A stretch of 64,000 bases of DNA. Source: Bacillota bacterium (GTDB taxonomy: Bacteria; Bacillota; UBA4882; JBLNCG01). Below, piece after piece: positions 1-9,835 of the stretch. Made by a program: the position numbers and the translations under genes. Location of the stretch: positions 6,851-70,850 of the forward strand of contig JBLNCG010000061.1 in the NCBI GenBank assembly GCA_050260475.1, given 5' to 3'. The notes under the pieces are model-generated. The model was not told the origin of the DNA, did no database searches, and worked only from the letters and a program-made list of their open reading frames with translations. Each line of letters starts with the position of its first letter. Position 1 is the stretch's first letter.

Positions 1-625
1 GTCCCCGGGCTTTTTCTTCGGGCATTTTGCTTTTCAGGATGCGCTCCACCGCTTCTTTCACCTGATTCAAGGCTTTCTGAGAGATGTCCGCCAAAATCAG
101 CGTATCGTCATCCACCTCGTTGACATCTTTGCGGCCTACGGCATTTATAATGGAGGCGGCCGGATATTTCCCCACCTGAGGATCCACCGGGCCCAGCACG
201 GCATTGGAATCCATCACTATCTCATCAGCTGCAAGCGCGATAAGGGCGCCGCCGGACATGGCATAGTGAGGCACATATACCGTCACCCTGGCCGGATGCC
301 GTTCGATAGCGTGGGCGATTTGCTCCGCTGCCAGCACCAGTCCCCCCGGGGTATGAAGGATGATGTCGATTTTTTGGTTTTCCGGGGTAAGTCTGATGAC
401 GCGCAGGATCTGTTCGGAATCCTCGATGGTGATGAACCGGCTGAAGGGAATTCCCAGGAAACTGAACATCTCCTGCCGGTGAATCATGGAAATCACCCTC
501 GAACCATGCTTTTTTTCCATCCTGCGCATGAGGCGGATGCGCGCCTTTTCGATCATATACATCTTAAAAGCCGGATATAAGGTGGAAAGCAAAAGGAACA
601 GCCAAAAAAGATTTGTGAGGTTCAT
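1..625 (-). CDS. Membrane-anchored ClpP/crotonase-fold serine protease (SDH/NfeD-like), partial; the C-terminus lies beyond the window start
   Basis: Reverse-strand ORF starting at ATG 625 has no stop down to position 1, so it is absent from the ORF track. Translation MNLTNLFWLFLLLSTLYPAF...ILHTPGGLVLAAEQIAHAIERHPARVTVYVPHYAMSGGALIALAADEIVMD shows an N-terminal TM helix followed by a Clp-protease-like fold. Confidence 0.55.
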   Translation of the reverse strand, partial: MNLTNLFWLFLLLSTLYPAFKMYMIEKARIRLMRRMEKKHGSRVISMIHRQEMFSFLGIPFSRFITIEDSEQILRVIRLTPENQKIDIILHTPGGLVLAAEQIAHAIERHPARVTVYVPHYAMSGGALIALAADEIVMDSNAVLGPVDPQVGKYPAASIINAVGRKDVNEVDDDTLILADISQKALNQVKEAVERILKSKMPEEKARG

Positions 626-908
626 ATCCATATTCTTGCTAACACCCGGTAAATTATACCTGCCTTAAGAAGACAGCCGTTCATGTAAATGAAAATCAAA
701 GCCATCATGAATCGACAAATCGGCAGGTTAATTTTCAAGCTGGCCGTTCACCCCGCCATCTTTATAAGGGCAATGGAAAGAATGAAAAAAGGTGGATGAA
801 ATGTAGCCTAAAAAGGGCAACTTATCCCTTCTAAGTAATCAAAAAGATCGCGCTGTCCGCGATCTTTGACGATAAACGCGCCTTGCGTCAATTACTGATT
901 GCTGATCG

Positions 909-2261
909 CTATTTCAACCTGGCTCCTAAGATCTCCCGTTCCTTCTCAAAGCCCGGCTTTCCCAGCAGGGCGAACATGTTCTTTTTATAAGCCTCCACAC
1001 CTGGTTGATCGAAAGGATTGACCCCCAGCAGATAACCGCTGACGGCGCAAGCTTTTTCAAAGAAATAGAAAATCTGCCCCAGGTGATACGGAGTCAGGGC
1101 GGGGATGTTCAAAACCAGATTTGGTACTCCTCCGTCGTTGTGAGCCAACAGCGTCCCGTAGAAAGCGTTTTTATTGACAAAATCCATGGTCCGGCCCGCC
1201 AGGAAATTCAACCCGTCCAGGTCTGCCTTTTCCGTTTCGATGTTCATCTCCGCCCTCGGTTTATCCACATTCAGCACTGTTTCAAAGATGAAACGCCTTC
1301 CTTCCTGGATATACTGGCCCATAGAGTGCAGATCCGTGGAAAAGTCCACCGTCGCCGGGAATATGCCCTTGTGATCCTTCCCCTCGCTTTCTCCAAAAAG
1401 CTGTTTCCACCATTCCCCCAAATAATGCAGCGATGGTTCATAGTTTGCCAGCAGCTCTATGGATTTCCCCTTGCGGTACAAGGCGTTGCGGATAACCGCA
1501 TATTTATAGCAGTCATTGTTTTTCAGCTTTTTTTCCGCAAAGGCATCGCATGCATCCGCAGCTCCCGCCATTAAATCATCGATGTTAATTCCGGCCGCGG
1601 CGATGGGCAGGAGACCCACCGCGGTCAACACCGAATAACGCCCGCCCACATCATCCGGAATGACGAAGGTTTGATATCCCTCTTCGCGGGACAGTTTATG
1701 CAGAGCGCCCTTCTCCTTGTCGGTGGTGGCGTAAATGCGCCGGCGCGCCAGATCCCGGCCGTATCTCTTTTCAAGATAGGACCGGAGAATGCGAAAAGCG
1801 ATGGCTGGCTCGGTGGTGGTCCCTGATTTGGAAACCACGTTCACGGAGACATCCCGCCCGTCCAAAAGGTCAAGCAATTCCCTATGGTAAGTCGAACTGA
1901 TGTTATTTCCGGCGTATACCACCAGCGGCGCTTTTCGTTTTTCCCCGGGCAGGAAGTTCTGGAATGAATGGGAGAGCGTTTCAATCGCGGCCCGCGCTCC
2001 AAGGTAAGAGCCTCCGATCCCGATCACCACAAGGATGTCCGAGTCTTTTCCGATTTTCTCCGCGGCGGCCTTGATGCGGCTGAACTCTTCACGGTCAAAT
2101 TCATGCGGCAGATCGACCCAGCCGAGAAAATCCCTTCCCGGACCTTTCTTCTTATGCAGCAGCCTTTGCGCGGTTTGAACATAGGGATCAAAATAAGCGA
2201 TCTCGTCTTCTTTTAAAAACGGTAAAACCTTGCTGTAATCCAGGCTGAGCGTATTTTTCAT
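909..2261 (-). CDS. pgi: Glucose-6-phosphate isomerase
   Basis: 450-aa ORF with the motifs [22 protein letters not shown] and SKSGTTTEP typical of bacterial PGI. Confidence 0.93.
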   Translation of the reverse strand: MKNTLSLDYSKVLPFLKEDEIAYFDPYVQTAQRLLHKKKGPGRDFLGWVDLPHEFDREEFSRIKAAAEKIGKDSDILVVIGIGGSYLGARAAIETLSHSFQNFLPGEKRKAPLVVYAGNNISSTYHRELLDLLDGRDVSVNVVSKSGTTTEPAIAFRILRSYLEKRYGRDLARRRIYATTDKEKGALHKLSREEGYQTFVIPDDVGGRYSVLTAVGLLPIAAAGINIDDLMAGAADACDAFAEKKLKNNDCYKYAVIRNALYRKGKSIELLANYEPSLHYLGEWWKQLFGESEGKDHKGIFPATVDFSTDLHSMGQYIQEGRRFIFETVLNVDKPRAEMNIETEKADLDGLNFLAGRTMDFVNKNAFYGTLLAHNDGGVPNLVLNIPALTPYHLGQIFYFFEKACAVSGYLLGVNPFDQPGVEAYKKNMFALLGKPGFEKEREILGARLK

Positions 2262-2356
2262 GCGTACCCCCCATCGCAGGATTTTACCAATTTTTTCATC
2301 CCGACTTCCGTTATATTTTCTTCACCGAATTTAAAATTCCTGGTTGATCTGTATTT

Positions 2357-2446
2357 TTACCGAAATTCAAGGTCTTGCCGCTGAATATAGCGTGCGGCTA
2401 TATTTAAATTTAGCGGCAAGCATAAAAATATGGTTACAACGTTGCT
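2357..2446 (-). repeat. Degenerate partial copy (reverse orientation) of the ~120-bp palindromic intergenic repeat family
   Basis: AAGGTCTTGCCGCTGAATATAGCGTGCGGCTATATTTAAATTTAGCGGCAAGC...GGTTACAACGTTGC aligns with the reverse complement of the full copies at 44011 and 61540. The inner inverted repeat GGTCTTGCC/GGCAAGC is preserved. Confidence 0.5.
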
Positions 2447-2559
2447 CCAATGTAAATATTATGCAAATTAATCTTTCGGGAACTTCCTTGCAATTGTGCC
2501 GTTTAGTATAATATAAAGTACGGCAAATAACTTTTTCTCACACCCCCCTTTTCTTTGAT

Positions 2560-2591
2560 AAAGCCCCCCAGGGGCTTTGTTGTTTTATTAT
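2560..2591 (+). terminator. Rho-independent terminator-like hairpin AAAGCCCC-CCA-GGGGCTTT followed by GTTGTTTTATTAT
   Basis: An 8-bp GC-rich stem with a 3-nt loop is followed by a T-rich tract on the + strand. No + strand CDS lies upstream, so it may end a short non-coding transcript. Confidence 0.5.
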
Positions 2592-2752
2592 AGAACCGGT
2601 GATTAATACATCTGACCGATTTTGAAAATCGCCATATCGAGGCCGTACCAATTAAGGTACGCTCGGCCGTGCTGTCTTGAAAAAGGATGAGAAGAATTTT
2701 AAACTATTTTGCCATTATTGCCCAGGGCGTCAACATGCAAGCCTTTTATAAC

Positions 2753-2859
2753 GAGCAATTTGCGTCGTTATGATGATTTTACGTCTTACCGCTAAATATC
2801 CATAGCTTAGATGTAGCTATAGTGGCAAGACCTTGAATTACGGTAACAACGCAATTGCC
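2753..2859 (+). repeat. Full copy of the ~120-bp palindromic intergenic repeat (MITE/REP-like)
   Basis: GAGCAATTTGCGTCGTTATGAT...ACGTCTTACCGCTAAATATCCATAGC...AGTGGCAAGACCTTGAATTACGGTAACAACGCAATTGCC. The outer inverted repeat is GCAATTGCGTTGTTA/TAACAACGCAATTGC and the inner one is ACGTCTTGCC/GGCAAGAC. Confidence 0.8.
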
Positions 2860-2881
2860 TTATAAAGACTTTTTCAGACTG

Positions 2882-4734
2882 TCAAATTTCAATTGCCACA
2901 TGATATTCATCCAGCCAATAATGAATTTGGAGCAGGTACGCCAAAAACTGCGGCCCGGTCATCAACTGGCCGAACCACGGCTGGCTGACGCCGTTGCCGT
3001 TGTCTTCCGACAAAATCAAATCGCGCGCCGCCTTCCGGTCGACGACCTGCAGAAGCGGGGAGGCCGGATGATCAAGCACCGCTTGCAGTCTCGCCCGGAC
3101 GGCTTGGAGGTATCCCGGATGATGGGTTTTTGGGTATGGGCTTTTTTTACGCAGGAGCACCTCTTGCGGAAGAACATCCGAAAATGCCAGCCTGAGAATG
3201 CCTTTGCTCAGTCCACCGTATGTCTTCATCCGCCAGGGGATATTCCAGACATATTCCACCAGCCGGTGATCGCAAAACGGCACCCGGATTTCAAGCCCGG
3301 AAGCCATGCTCATCCGGTCTTTCCGCTCCAGCAGCGCAGCGAGAAACCATGTAATGTTGAGATAAAAAAGCTCCCTGCGCCGATCCTCCGCCGCATCCTC
3401 TCCGGAAAGCCGCGGCGTTTCCATAAGGCTGTCGGAATATCGCTGGGATACGTATTCTTCAGGATGAACCTTTTCCCGTATTCCGGGAGCGAGCAGTTTA
3501 ATCCTTTCCCTTAAACGTCTCGACCAAGGGAATGACACGGCGCCGGCCATCTCCGGATGATGAAACCAGGGATAGCCCCCAAAAATTTCATCCGCTGATT
3601 CGCCGGAAAGACCTACGGTAACTTTCTTTTTGATCTCCCTGCAAAACAGATATAAGGATGAATCGATGTCTGCCATACCCGGCAGATCGCGGGCGCGCAC
3701 CGCCTCAATAAGGGCATCCGCCGTCAGATCAACATCCAGCGTCACATCGTGATGAACCGTGCCGAAGCGTTCAGACACCCTTTTGATATACGGCAGATCA
3801 GATTCCGGCTGAAAAAGATCCGGCCGGAAATACCGGTCGTTATCATAAAAATCCACAGAGAACGTGCTTAAATCCCCTTTACCCTCCAGTTCGCAGAAGC
3901 GGGATGCAACCGCGGTAATAGCGCTGGAATCCAGCCCGCCGGAGAGCAGGGCGCCTAAAGGCACGTCTGAAACTAGCTGCCGTTTCACGGCGTCGCAGAA
4001 AAGCTCCCGGACATGCGCGGCGGTTTCTGTAAGCCCGTCCTTATGAATCCGGCTTTCCAGCCTCCAATAGCGGCTGAGCCTTAATCCGCGGCGGTTGTAT
4101 TTTGCGCAATATCCCGGTCGCAATTCCATAATCCCTTTGAAAACCCCGGATCCGGGTGTATGCGTCGGTCCAAGCATGAAAATCTCCAGCAGTCCTTCTT
4201 CACCCACCGCCGGACGCATACATGGATGAGCAAGGATAGCTTTCTGCTCCGAGCCGAAAAGAAAAAGCGATCCGCAAAAAGCGTAAAAAAGCGGTTTGAC
4301 CCCCATCCGGTCGCGGGCGATAAACAAAGCCTCTTCCTTTGTGTCCCAGACCGCAAAGGCAAAAATACCGTTTAATTTACCAGGGCACGCCTCCCTCCAT
4401 TCCATGTAAGCATGCAGCAAAACCTCGGTATCGGATCGGCTCCGGAAGATATGGCCTTTTTGTTCAAGCTCATCCCTTAATTCCGATGTGTTATATAACT
4501 CCCCGTTATAGGTCAATACAAAGACCGTCCCGCCCTGCCGGCAGGCCATCGGCTGCGCCCCCCCGCCGGATCCACCACGATCAGGCGCCGGTGCCCCAGC
4601 ACCGCGTGAGTGGAATGCCAAAATCCCTCCGCATCCGGTCCGCGCCCTTTCAAGGTATCAACCATGCGCTGCGGGACATCCTTTTGTACCGTCAAATCCC
4701 CGTTATAATCAACCAAGCCGGCTATCCCGCACAT
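2882..4734 (-). CDS. asnB: Asparagine synthetase (glutamine-hydrolysing), reading frame interrupted at a G7 homopolymer; possible pseudogene or sequencing error
   Basis: The N-terminus MCGIAGLVDYNGD...HRRLIVVDPAGG (class II amidotransferase Cys2) is in ORF 4513..4734. The body, with GAQPM...TYNGELYN, the SGGLDSS PP-loop and the synthetase C-domain, is in ORF 2882..4621 in another frame. The two frames meet at the run ccggcGGGGGGGcgcag at 4558..4564. Confidence 0.8.
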
Positions 4735-4859
4735 TTTTGCATCCTCCTTCCAGTGAGCGGAGCTGTATTGTATTTAGCGTGCATAAGCCATCATATGATT
4801 CGCCTTCTTGCGGATTGACGGATCCGGGCAGGTTTTCACATGGTGAAAACGGGAGAATT

Positions 4860-4960
4860 ATGACAATTTACGTCTCCACTAATAAATATCGATAGCCTAA
4901 TAGTAGCCATACACTATATTTGGCGGCAAAACTTAGTATTAAAGTAACAACGCAATTGCC
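4860..4960 (+). repeat. Copy of the palindromic intergenic repeat with a deletion in the left arm
   Basis: GACAATTTACGTCTCCACTAATAAATATCGATAGCCTAATAGTAGCCATACACTATATTTGGCGGCAAAACTTAGTATTAAAGTAACAACGCAATTGCC. It lies in the divergent promoter region between asnB and the amidase gene. Confidence 0.75.
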
Positions 4961-4998
4961 TTTTATAGGTTAAAACCCCATCATGTAAATGGTCCGCC

Positions 4999-5793
4999 AT
5001 GAATAAATATACCTTAAAAGCTAACGGGGTGAAATGGATATTGGCCATAATCGTGGTTCCAAGGAAAAAAATCGCGGGAATTCTGGCGATAATCCTGATT
5101 CTCACGGGGATAATGTTCTATGCCGCTCATTACGAACAAGCCCTCCGGACTGAAAGTATACTCCGAAACCTTACTATCGTAATAGATCCCGGACACGGCG
5201 GGGTCGACGGGGGGACCAGGGATGATCAGGGAAATATGGAAAAGGATATTAACCTGGCCATTGGATTAAAATTATGGGGACAACTGAGGCAGAGCGGTTT
5301 AAACGTTTTAATCACCCGGGAGACGGATACGGACCTCTCGCCCTTCATTTCCGGACGTACAGGCAGGCATCGCAAAGATCTTCTGGCGCGGATTCAGAAA
5401 GCCAGGGAAAATCGCAGCCTTTTTTTACTCAGCATTCACTGCGACTGGTCCGAGGCGCGATACAGGCGGGGAGTGGTGGCATTTTACAATTACCTTTCGC
5501 CTTTGAGTAAAATGCTGGCCTTGAGCATTCAGGAGGAATTGAACAGGGTTCAGGATAAACCGCAAAAAGCCGCCCCGGGAAATTACTTCATCATCCGCCA
5601 GCACGGGGTGACTGGAGTTCTTGTAGAAGTGGGCTTCCTTTCAAACGCGGAGGACGCCAAACAGTTGAGGGATCCGACCTACCAGGAGAAACTCGCCCTG
5701 GCAATAGCGGCGGGGATTTTAAAAAAATGCCGGATCCATATTCCGGAAAAACGGCCGACGGAATCCGAATGCCCGGCCGGGAACGGTTTTTAA
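4999..5793 (+). CDS. cwlD: N-acetylmuramoyl-L-alanine amidase (Amidase_3), CwlD-like germination/sporulation-type, with N-terminal membrane anchor
   Basis: The IVIDPGHGGVDGG zinc-amidase motif and the LLSIHCDW and GVLVEVGFLSN blocks are characteristic of Amidase_3. The N-terminal hydrophobic helix is ILAIILILTGIMFYAA. Confidence 0.75.
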   Translation: MNKYTLKANGVKWILAIIVVPRKKIAGILAIILILTGIMFYAAHYEQALRTESILRNLTIVIDPGHGGVDGGTRDDQGNMEKDINLAIGLKLWGQLRQSGLNVLITRETDTDLSPFISGRTGRHRKDLLARIQKARENRSLFLLSIHCDWSEARYRRGVVAFYNYLSPLSKMLALSIQEELNRVQDKPQKAAPGNYFIIRQHGVTGVLVEVGFLSNAEDAKQLRDPTYQEKLALAIAAGILKKCRIHIPEKRPTESECPAGNGF

Positions 5794-5805
5794 TTTACGG
5801 CCGGA

Positions 5806-6774
5806 TCATTCCCCGAGATTGTGGGCGCCGGTCTGCTTTCTATAGATAAATTCGTAACGGGAATTATGCTCCGGGGAGAAAGTGTCCTTTAAAGTTAAAA
5901 CCAGGAGTTTTGCATCTTTCCAGGGCAACCTGCAGGAAATGACCGGACCGGGAAGGTTGGCGTTGGGCGCGAGGGCCGGATAGTCCCAGGATTCAACAAA
6001 CAGCCTAAGTCCCCCACTCCAGATAAACCTCGATGCGCCCGGCAGGAACAGTCTCCGGAAAATCCGACACCAGCCAGATCTCTGCGGTGAATTCCTCGTT
6101 TTCCTACCAGACCAATTTATGAGTCCGCGCGCTGGCAAGGTAATCCTTCTGTACAACAGCCCCTCCCCAACAGCGCAGCAGATTCATGCCGGCCCCCTTA
6201 ACCAGTTCCAGGAGCCCGCGGCAGGTTTCCCCGGTTATTTTCCCCGGGAAAATCTCGGACTCACCCAGTTGGATCCTTTGGTAAAGATGCGCCTGCCGTT
6301 GATCTCCAGGGTCATAGGCGGGGCGCTGCGGGTTTTGGAAAATCCGGCCGGTTCTTTCCAGGCATCCTCATGCATCACCAGGCGGATCCGGCGAAAGCCG
6401 ACACATTGCCGGTTTGTCTGTACCGGCGTTGTTTTTTTTAAGTAACAATGGCGCTGTAAAGCTCCGGCTTTCCCTGGCCGTTAGGCCACCAGAGCCGGGG
6501 ACGGTCAAGGTCGACAGCGAACTGAACTTGGCCCGTACCCTCATGGACAATCCGCGAAGCGGCCTCAACACCTTCCGGATCCGCTAAAATCCAGTGAAGC
6601 AAACCATTCCGGAGCCTCCATCCACCTGTACATGGAGGCGTTATCGCCATAAAGATACGATTCCCATCCATGGGCCGCCGCCCAGTCCAGTTGCACTGCT
6701 CCCGGCACCGCGGCGGGAATGAACCGATCCGGCCGGGAGCCGGATCCTGGGCAGTAACCTACTTCCCAATTCAA
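5806..6774 (-). pseudogene. Remnant of a glycoside hydrolase family 2 (beta-galactosidase/beta-mannosidase-like) N-terminal region, fragmented over three frames
   Basis: ORFs 6565..6774, 6438..6671 and 5806..6156 translate in successive frames to IPAAVPGAVQLDW..., ...LWWPNGQGKPELY... and further pieces. These match the GH2 sugar-binding domain signature (W-x-P-N-G-x-G-x-P-x-LY). No intact ORF is present. Confidence 0.4.
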
Positions 6775-6861
6775 CTCCGCAAGCGGAAATGCTTCCCGTG
6801 CATGTATGATTTTATCTTTCCTTTTGTGACATCATGACAGATTGTCCTCAAATTCATCGTT

Positions 6862-6923
6862 GCCATTAGGCCATCGATATTTAGTGGCAAGACGTAAGGT
6901 TATCATAACAACGCAAATTGCTC
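6862..6923 (-). repeat. Partial copy (one half) of the palindromic intergenic repeat
   Basis: GCCATTAGGCCATCGATATTTAGTGGCAAGACGTAAGGTTATCATAACAACGCAAATTGCTC matches the reverse-complement half of the full copies. Confidence 0.7.
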
Positions 6924-7165
6924 TTTTAGTATTCTTAAAAGAAGCTCGTTTACCTCAATTTTTGATAATTTTACCAGCCAGCGGTGCTCTGAAGTGGTCA
7001 AAGGCGTCTCCGTTTTTAAAAAAGCCGAACAGGAAGCAAGAAAAGATTTCCCTTATGCCGGGCGATTTGGGCACAATTTGGGCGGCGCCGATTGACTTTC
7101 CTTTTCATTTATGAAAAAATATAATATGTTTGCGTAAAGCCATCATGCCAAAAAAGGGGATATGC

Positions 7166-8527
7166 ATGAAGGATCTGACATCCGGCAATGAAGCAAGGTT
7201 GATTATCTGTTTCGCGCTGCCGATGCTCATCGGCAGCCTTTTCCAGCAATTTTACAACACCGTGGACAGCGTCGTGGTGGGCCAGGCGTTGGGCAAATCG
7301 GCCCTGGCGGCGGTCGGAGCGAGCTTTTCCATTATTTTTCTTTTGGTATCCCTGATCATGGGGATCACCATGGGAGCCACTATTCTCATCGCACAGTATT
7401 TCGGCGCCAAAGACATGGATAAAGTGAAAAAAACCATCAGCACCACTTATCTTTTCACTTTTTACGCCGCTGTCGCGGTTACCGTCACCGGCCTTTTATG
7501 CGCCGGCCCCATCCTCAAACTGCTTAAAACCCCTGCCGAAATTTATCCCATGGCCAGGATATATCTTAATATCATCTTCGCCGGGATGATCATGATGTTC
7601 GGATACAACGGCGTAAGCGCCATTTTACGCGGCCTGGGGGATTCCAAGACCCCTCTCTACTTTCTGATCATCGCGACCGTGCTTAACATAATCCTTGACC
7701 TGGTTTTTGTACTTGCCTTCAAATGGGGGGTGGCGGGAGCCGCCTGGGCTACGGTAACCGCCCAGGGCGTTTCATTTATCCTCAGCCTCTGTTACCTGGA
7801 TCGGACTCATGAGATCTTCAAATTCCGCTGGAAAGACCTTTATTTCGACCGGAAAATCTTTAATCTCAGCCTCAAAATCGGCCTTCCCACCGGTATACAA
7901 CAAACCCTGGTGGCAGCCGGCTTCATGGCTTTGCTGCGCATCGTCAACGGTTTTGGCACGGACACGGTCGCCGCATATTCTGCAGGTTCCCGGCTGGATT
8001 CATTCGCCGCCCTTCCCATCATGAATATTTCCATGGCGGTATCCTCGTTCGTGGGCCAGAACCTGGGCGCGAAGAGGCCCGATCGGGTGCAAAGGGGATA
8101 TCTCGCGGCTTTTGCAATCTCCGGAGGCATCTCCTTATTCACGACCATCGCGGTGATTCTGTTCGCCCGCCCTCTTATCGCCGTCTTCAACCGGGATCCC
8201 AATGTAGTGCGCCTTGGGGCCGATTACCTGATTATCGTGGGAGCCTTCTACATCGTTTTTGCGGGAATGTTTGTAAACAGCGGAGTCCTGCGCGGAGCAG
8301 GGGACACGCTTATTCCCATGTTCATCACCATGCTTTCGCTCTGGCTGATACGCATTCCGGTTTCGGCCTTCCTGTCCGCAAAAATGGGACCGTCCGGCAT
8401 CTGGTGGGGAATCCCCATCGGATGGATCGCGGGGTTTATTATGAGTACGCTTTATTATCTCAAGGGGAACTGGAAGAAAAAAACGATATCGTCCCATATA
8501 GAGGAGGAAGGGGATTATGTGGTTTAG
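7166..8527 (+). CDS. MATE family multidrug/sodium efflux transporter
   Basis: 12-TM protein with typical MATE N-terminus MKDLTSGNEARLIICFALPMLIGSLFQQFYNTVDSVVVGQ. RBS AAGGGGA lies 5 nt upstream of ATG 7166. The track ORF begins at 7130. Confidence 0.88.
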   Translation: MKDLTSGNEARLIICFALPMLIGSLFQQFYNTVDSVVVGQALGKSALAAVGASFSIIFLLVSLIMGITMGATILIAQYFGAKDMDKVKKTISTTYLFTFYAAVAVTVTGLLCAGPILKLLKTPAEIYPMARIYLNIIFAGMIMMFGYNGVSAILRGLGDSKTPLYFLIIATVLNIILDLVFVLAFKWGVAGAAWATVTAQGVSFILSLCYLDRTHEIFKFRWKDLYFDRKIFNLSLKIGLPTGIQQTLVAAGFMALLRIVNGFGTDTVAAYSAGSRLDSFAALPIMNISMAVSSFVGQNLGAKRPDRVQRGYLAAFAISGGISLFTTIAVILFARPLIAVFNRDPNVVRLGADYLIIVGAFYIVFAGMFVNSGVLRGAGDTLIPMFITMLSLWLIRIPVSAFLSAKMGPSGIWWGIPIGWIAGFIMSTLYYLKGNWKKKTISSHIEEEGDYVV

Positions 8528-8624
8528 TGATGCGGCCCGGGAACATCCCCACCATCCGGTCACTTCCACAGGTCAGTGACAGGAAATATATTTAAATAAA
8601 TATTCTTCTGTAGGGGTTGATAAA

Positions 8625-9719
8625 ATGGTATTCGACCTGGATGTCCAGGCTTTCTGGCGGGAAAACGAAAAATGCTTCAAATCCTTTTCCACGGACAAAC
8701 CCCGGGTTCCCGTCTCCTTCTGGCTGGATGACCATTTTCTTTTCGAGGAAATGAAAGTTCCCTCCACCCTGCGTTATTATAATGACCGGGAATATCGTTT
8801 AAACCTTCATAAGCAATGCAACGGCAAGGTGGAAAAAGTGTTAGGGAAGAGGTTTTACGCGGAAGAGGAAGACTTGCTTCCCTCCCCCAACCGCTTTGAA
8901 GTGATTATGGGCGCCCGATGGGAACTCACCGAGGGAGGCACCCCATGGCTGGAATCATCGGTGAAAGATATCGCGGACGTTAAAACCTTAATCAAAAAAT
9001 CGGAACAACTGGACATGAGACGGGAGGCCTTTCCCGCGGGCTGGTCAGAAGAAAAAGCCCGGTATGAAAGAAGCTGCGGGAAGCCGGTAAAACTTCCGGG
9101 CAACAGCTCCCGCGGCCCGGCCACCATGGCCACCAGCATCCTGGGGGTTACCAATACCTGTTTATTCATCATGGACGAACCGGGGGTCATGGAGGAATTT
9201 TTTGCGCTGCTTGCGGTTAAACTCACGGAATACAACAATGCCCTCCGGGACGATACGGACTGCCGCTCCCTGGAGGGGTACTGGCTCACGGACGACAACT
9301 GCTACCTGTTTCCTCCCGCCCAATATGAAAGGTTCTGCGCCCCGGTGCTGGACAAACTCTTCCGGGAGTTCGCGCCGGAGCCGCATCATATCCGCTATCA
9401 GCATTCCGACAGCAACATGGGGCATTTGATGGGAATTTTAAACGATCTCGGCGTAAATGAAGTCAACTTCGGGCCGGAGATCCATCCGCTGGAAATCCGG
9501 AAGGCCATGCCCAACGCCCTGATTTACGGCCAGATACCGCCTATGACCCTTCGAAACGGCGCTCCCGGGGAGATAATAGAAGCAGTCAGACGGGATATCG
9601 AATCGGTGGGAAAAGACGGCGGGCTGGTGGAATGTCCGGCAGGCAGCGTATCCGCAGGCACTCCCCTGAAAAACCTGAAGATTTACATGTGGGCGGTGCA
9701 GAAATACGGAAGATATTAG
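8625..9719 (+). CDS. Uroporphyrinogen decarboxylase (URO-D) family protein, MtaA/CmuA-like methyltransferase-type
   Basis: 364-aa ORF of URO-D-like length and composition, ending in ...GGLVECPAGSV...LKNLKIYMWAVQKYGRY. Family-level call only. Confidence 0.5.
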   Translation: MVFDLDVQAFWRENEKCFKSFSTDKPRVPVSFWLDDHFLFEEMKVPSTLRYYNDREYRLNLHKQCNGKVEKVLGKRFYAEEEDLLPSPNRFEVIMGARWELTEGGTPWLESSVKDIADVKTLIKKSEQLDMRREAFPAGWSEEKARYERSCGKPVKLPGNSSRGPATMATSILGVTNTCLFIMDEPGVMEEFFALLAVKLTEYNNALRDDTDCRSLEGYWLTDDNCYLFPPAQYERFCAPVLDKLFREFAPEPHHIRYQHSDSNMGHLMGILNDLGVNEVNFGPEIHPLEIRKAMPNALIYGQIPPMTLRNGAPGEIIEAVRRDIESVGKDGGLVECPAGSVSAGTPLKNLKIYMWAVQKYGRY

Positions 9720-9774
9720 CCGGCACGGTTTACCTGGGGCAGCGGCTTTTTTCCCGCGATTGCCCGCAGACAAA

Positions 9775-9811
9775 GATTACGTAAAATTGTCATAATAACG
9801 CAAATTTGCTC
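9775..9811 (-). repeat. Terminal fragment of the palindromic intergenic repeat
   Basis: GATTACGTAAAATTGTCATAATAACGCAAATTTGCTC matches the GACGTAAGATTATCATAACAACGTAAATTGCTC end of full copies. It sits directly upstream of the GH3 gene RBS. Confidence 0.55.
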
Positions 9812-9835
9812 TACAACAAACGGAGGGATGATATA

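Noticed and set aside
1005-1574. 189-aa + strand ORF (and 1174..1374) inside pgi
   Set aside because: Antisense to a confidently identified, motif-rich pgi gene. These are high-GC antisense artefacts.
2855-3514. 219-aa + strand ORF opposite asnB
   Set aside because: Lies entirely within asnB on the other strand, with no RBS and no motifs.
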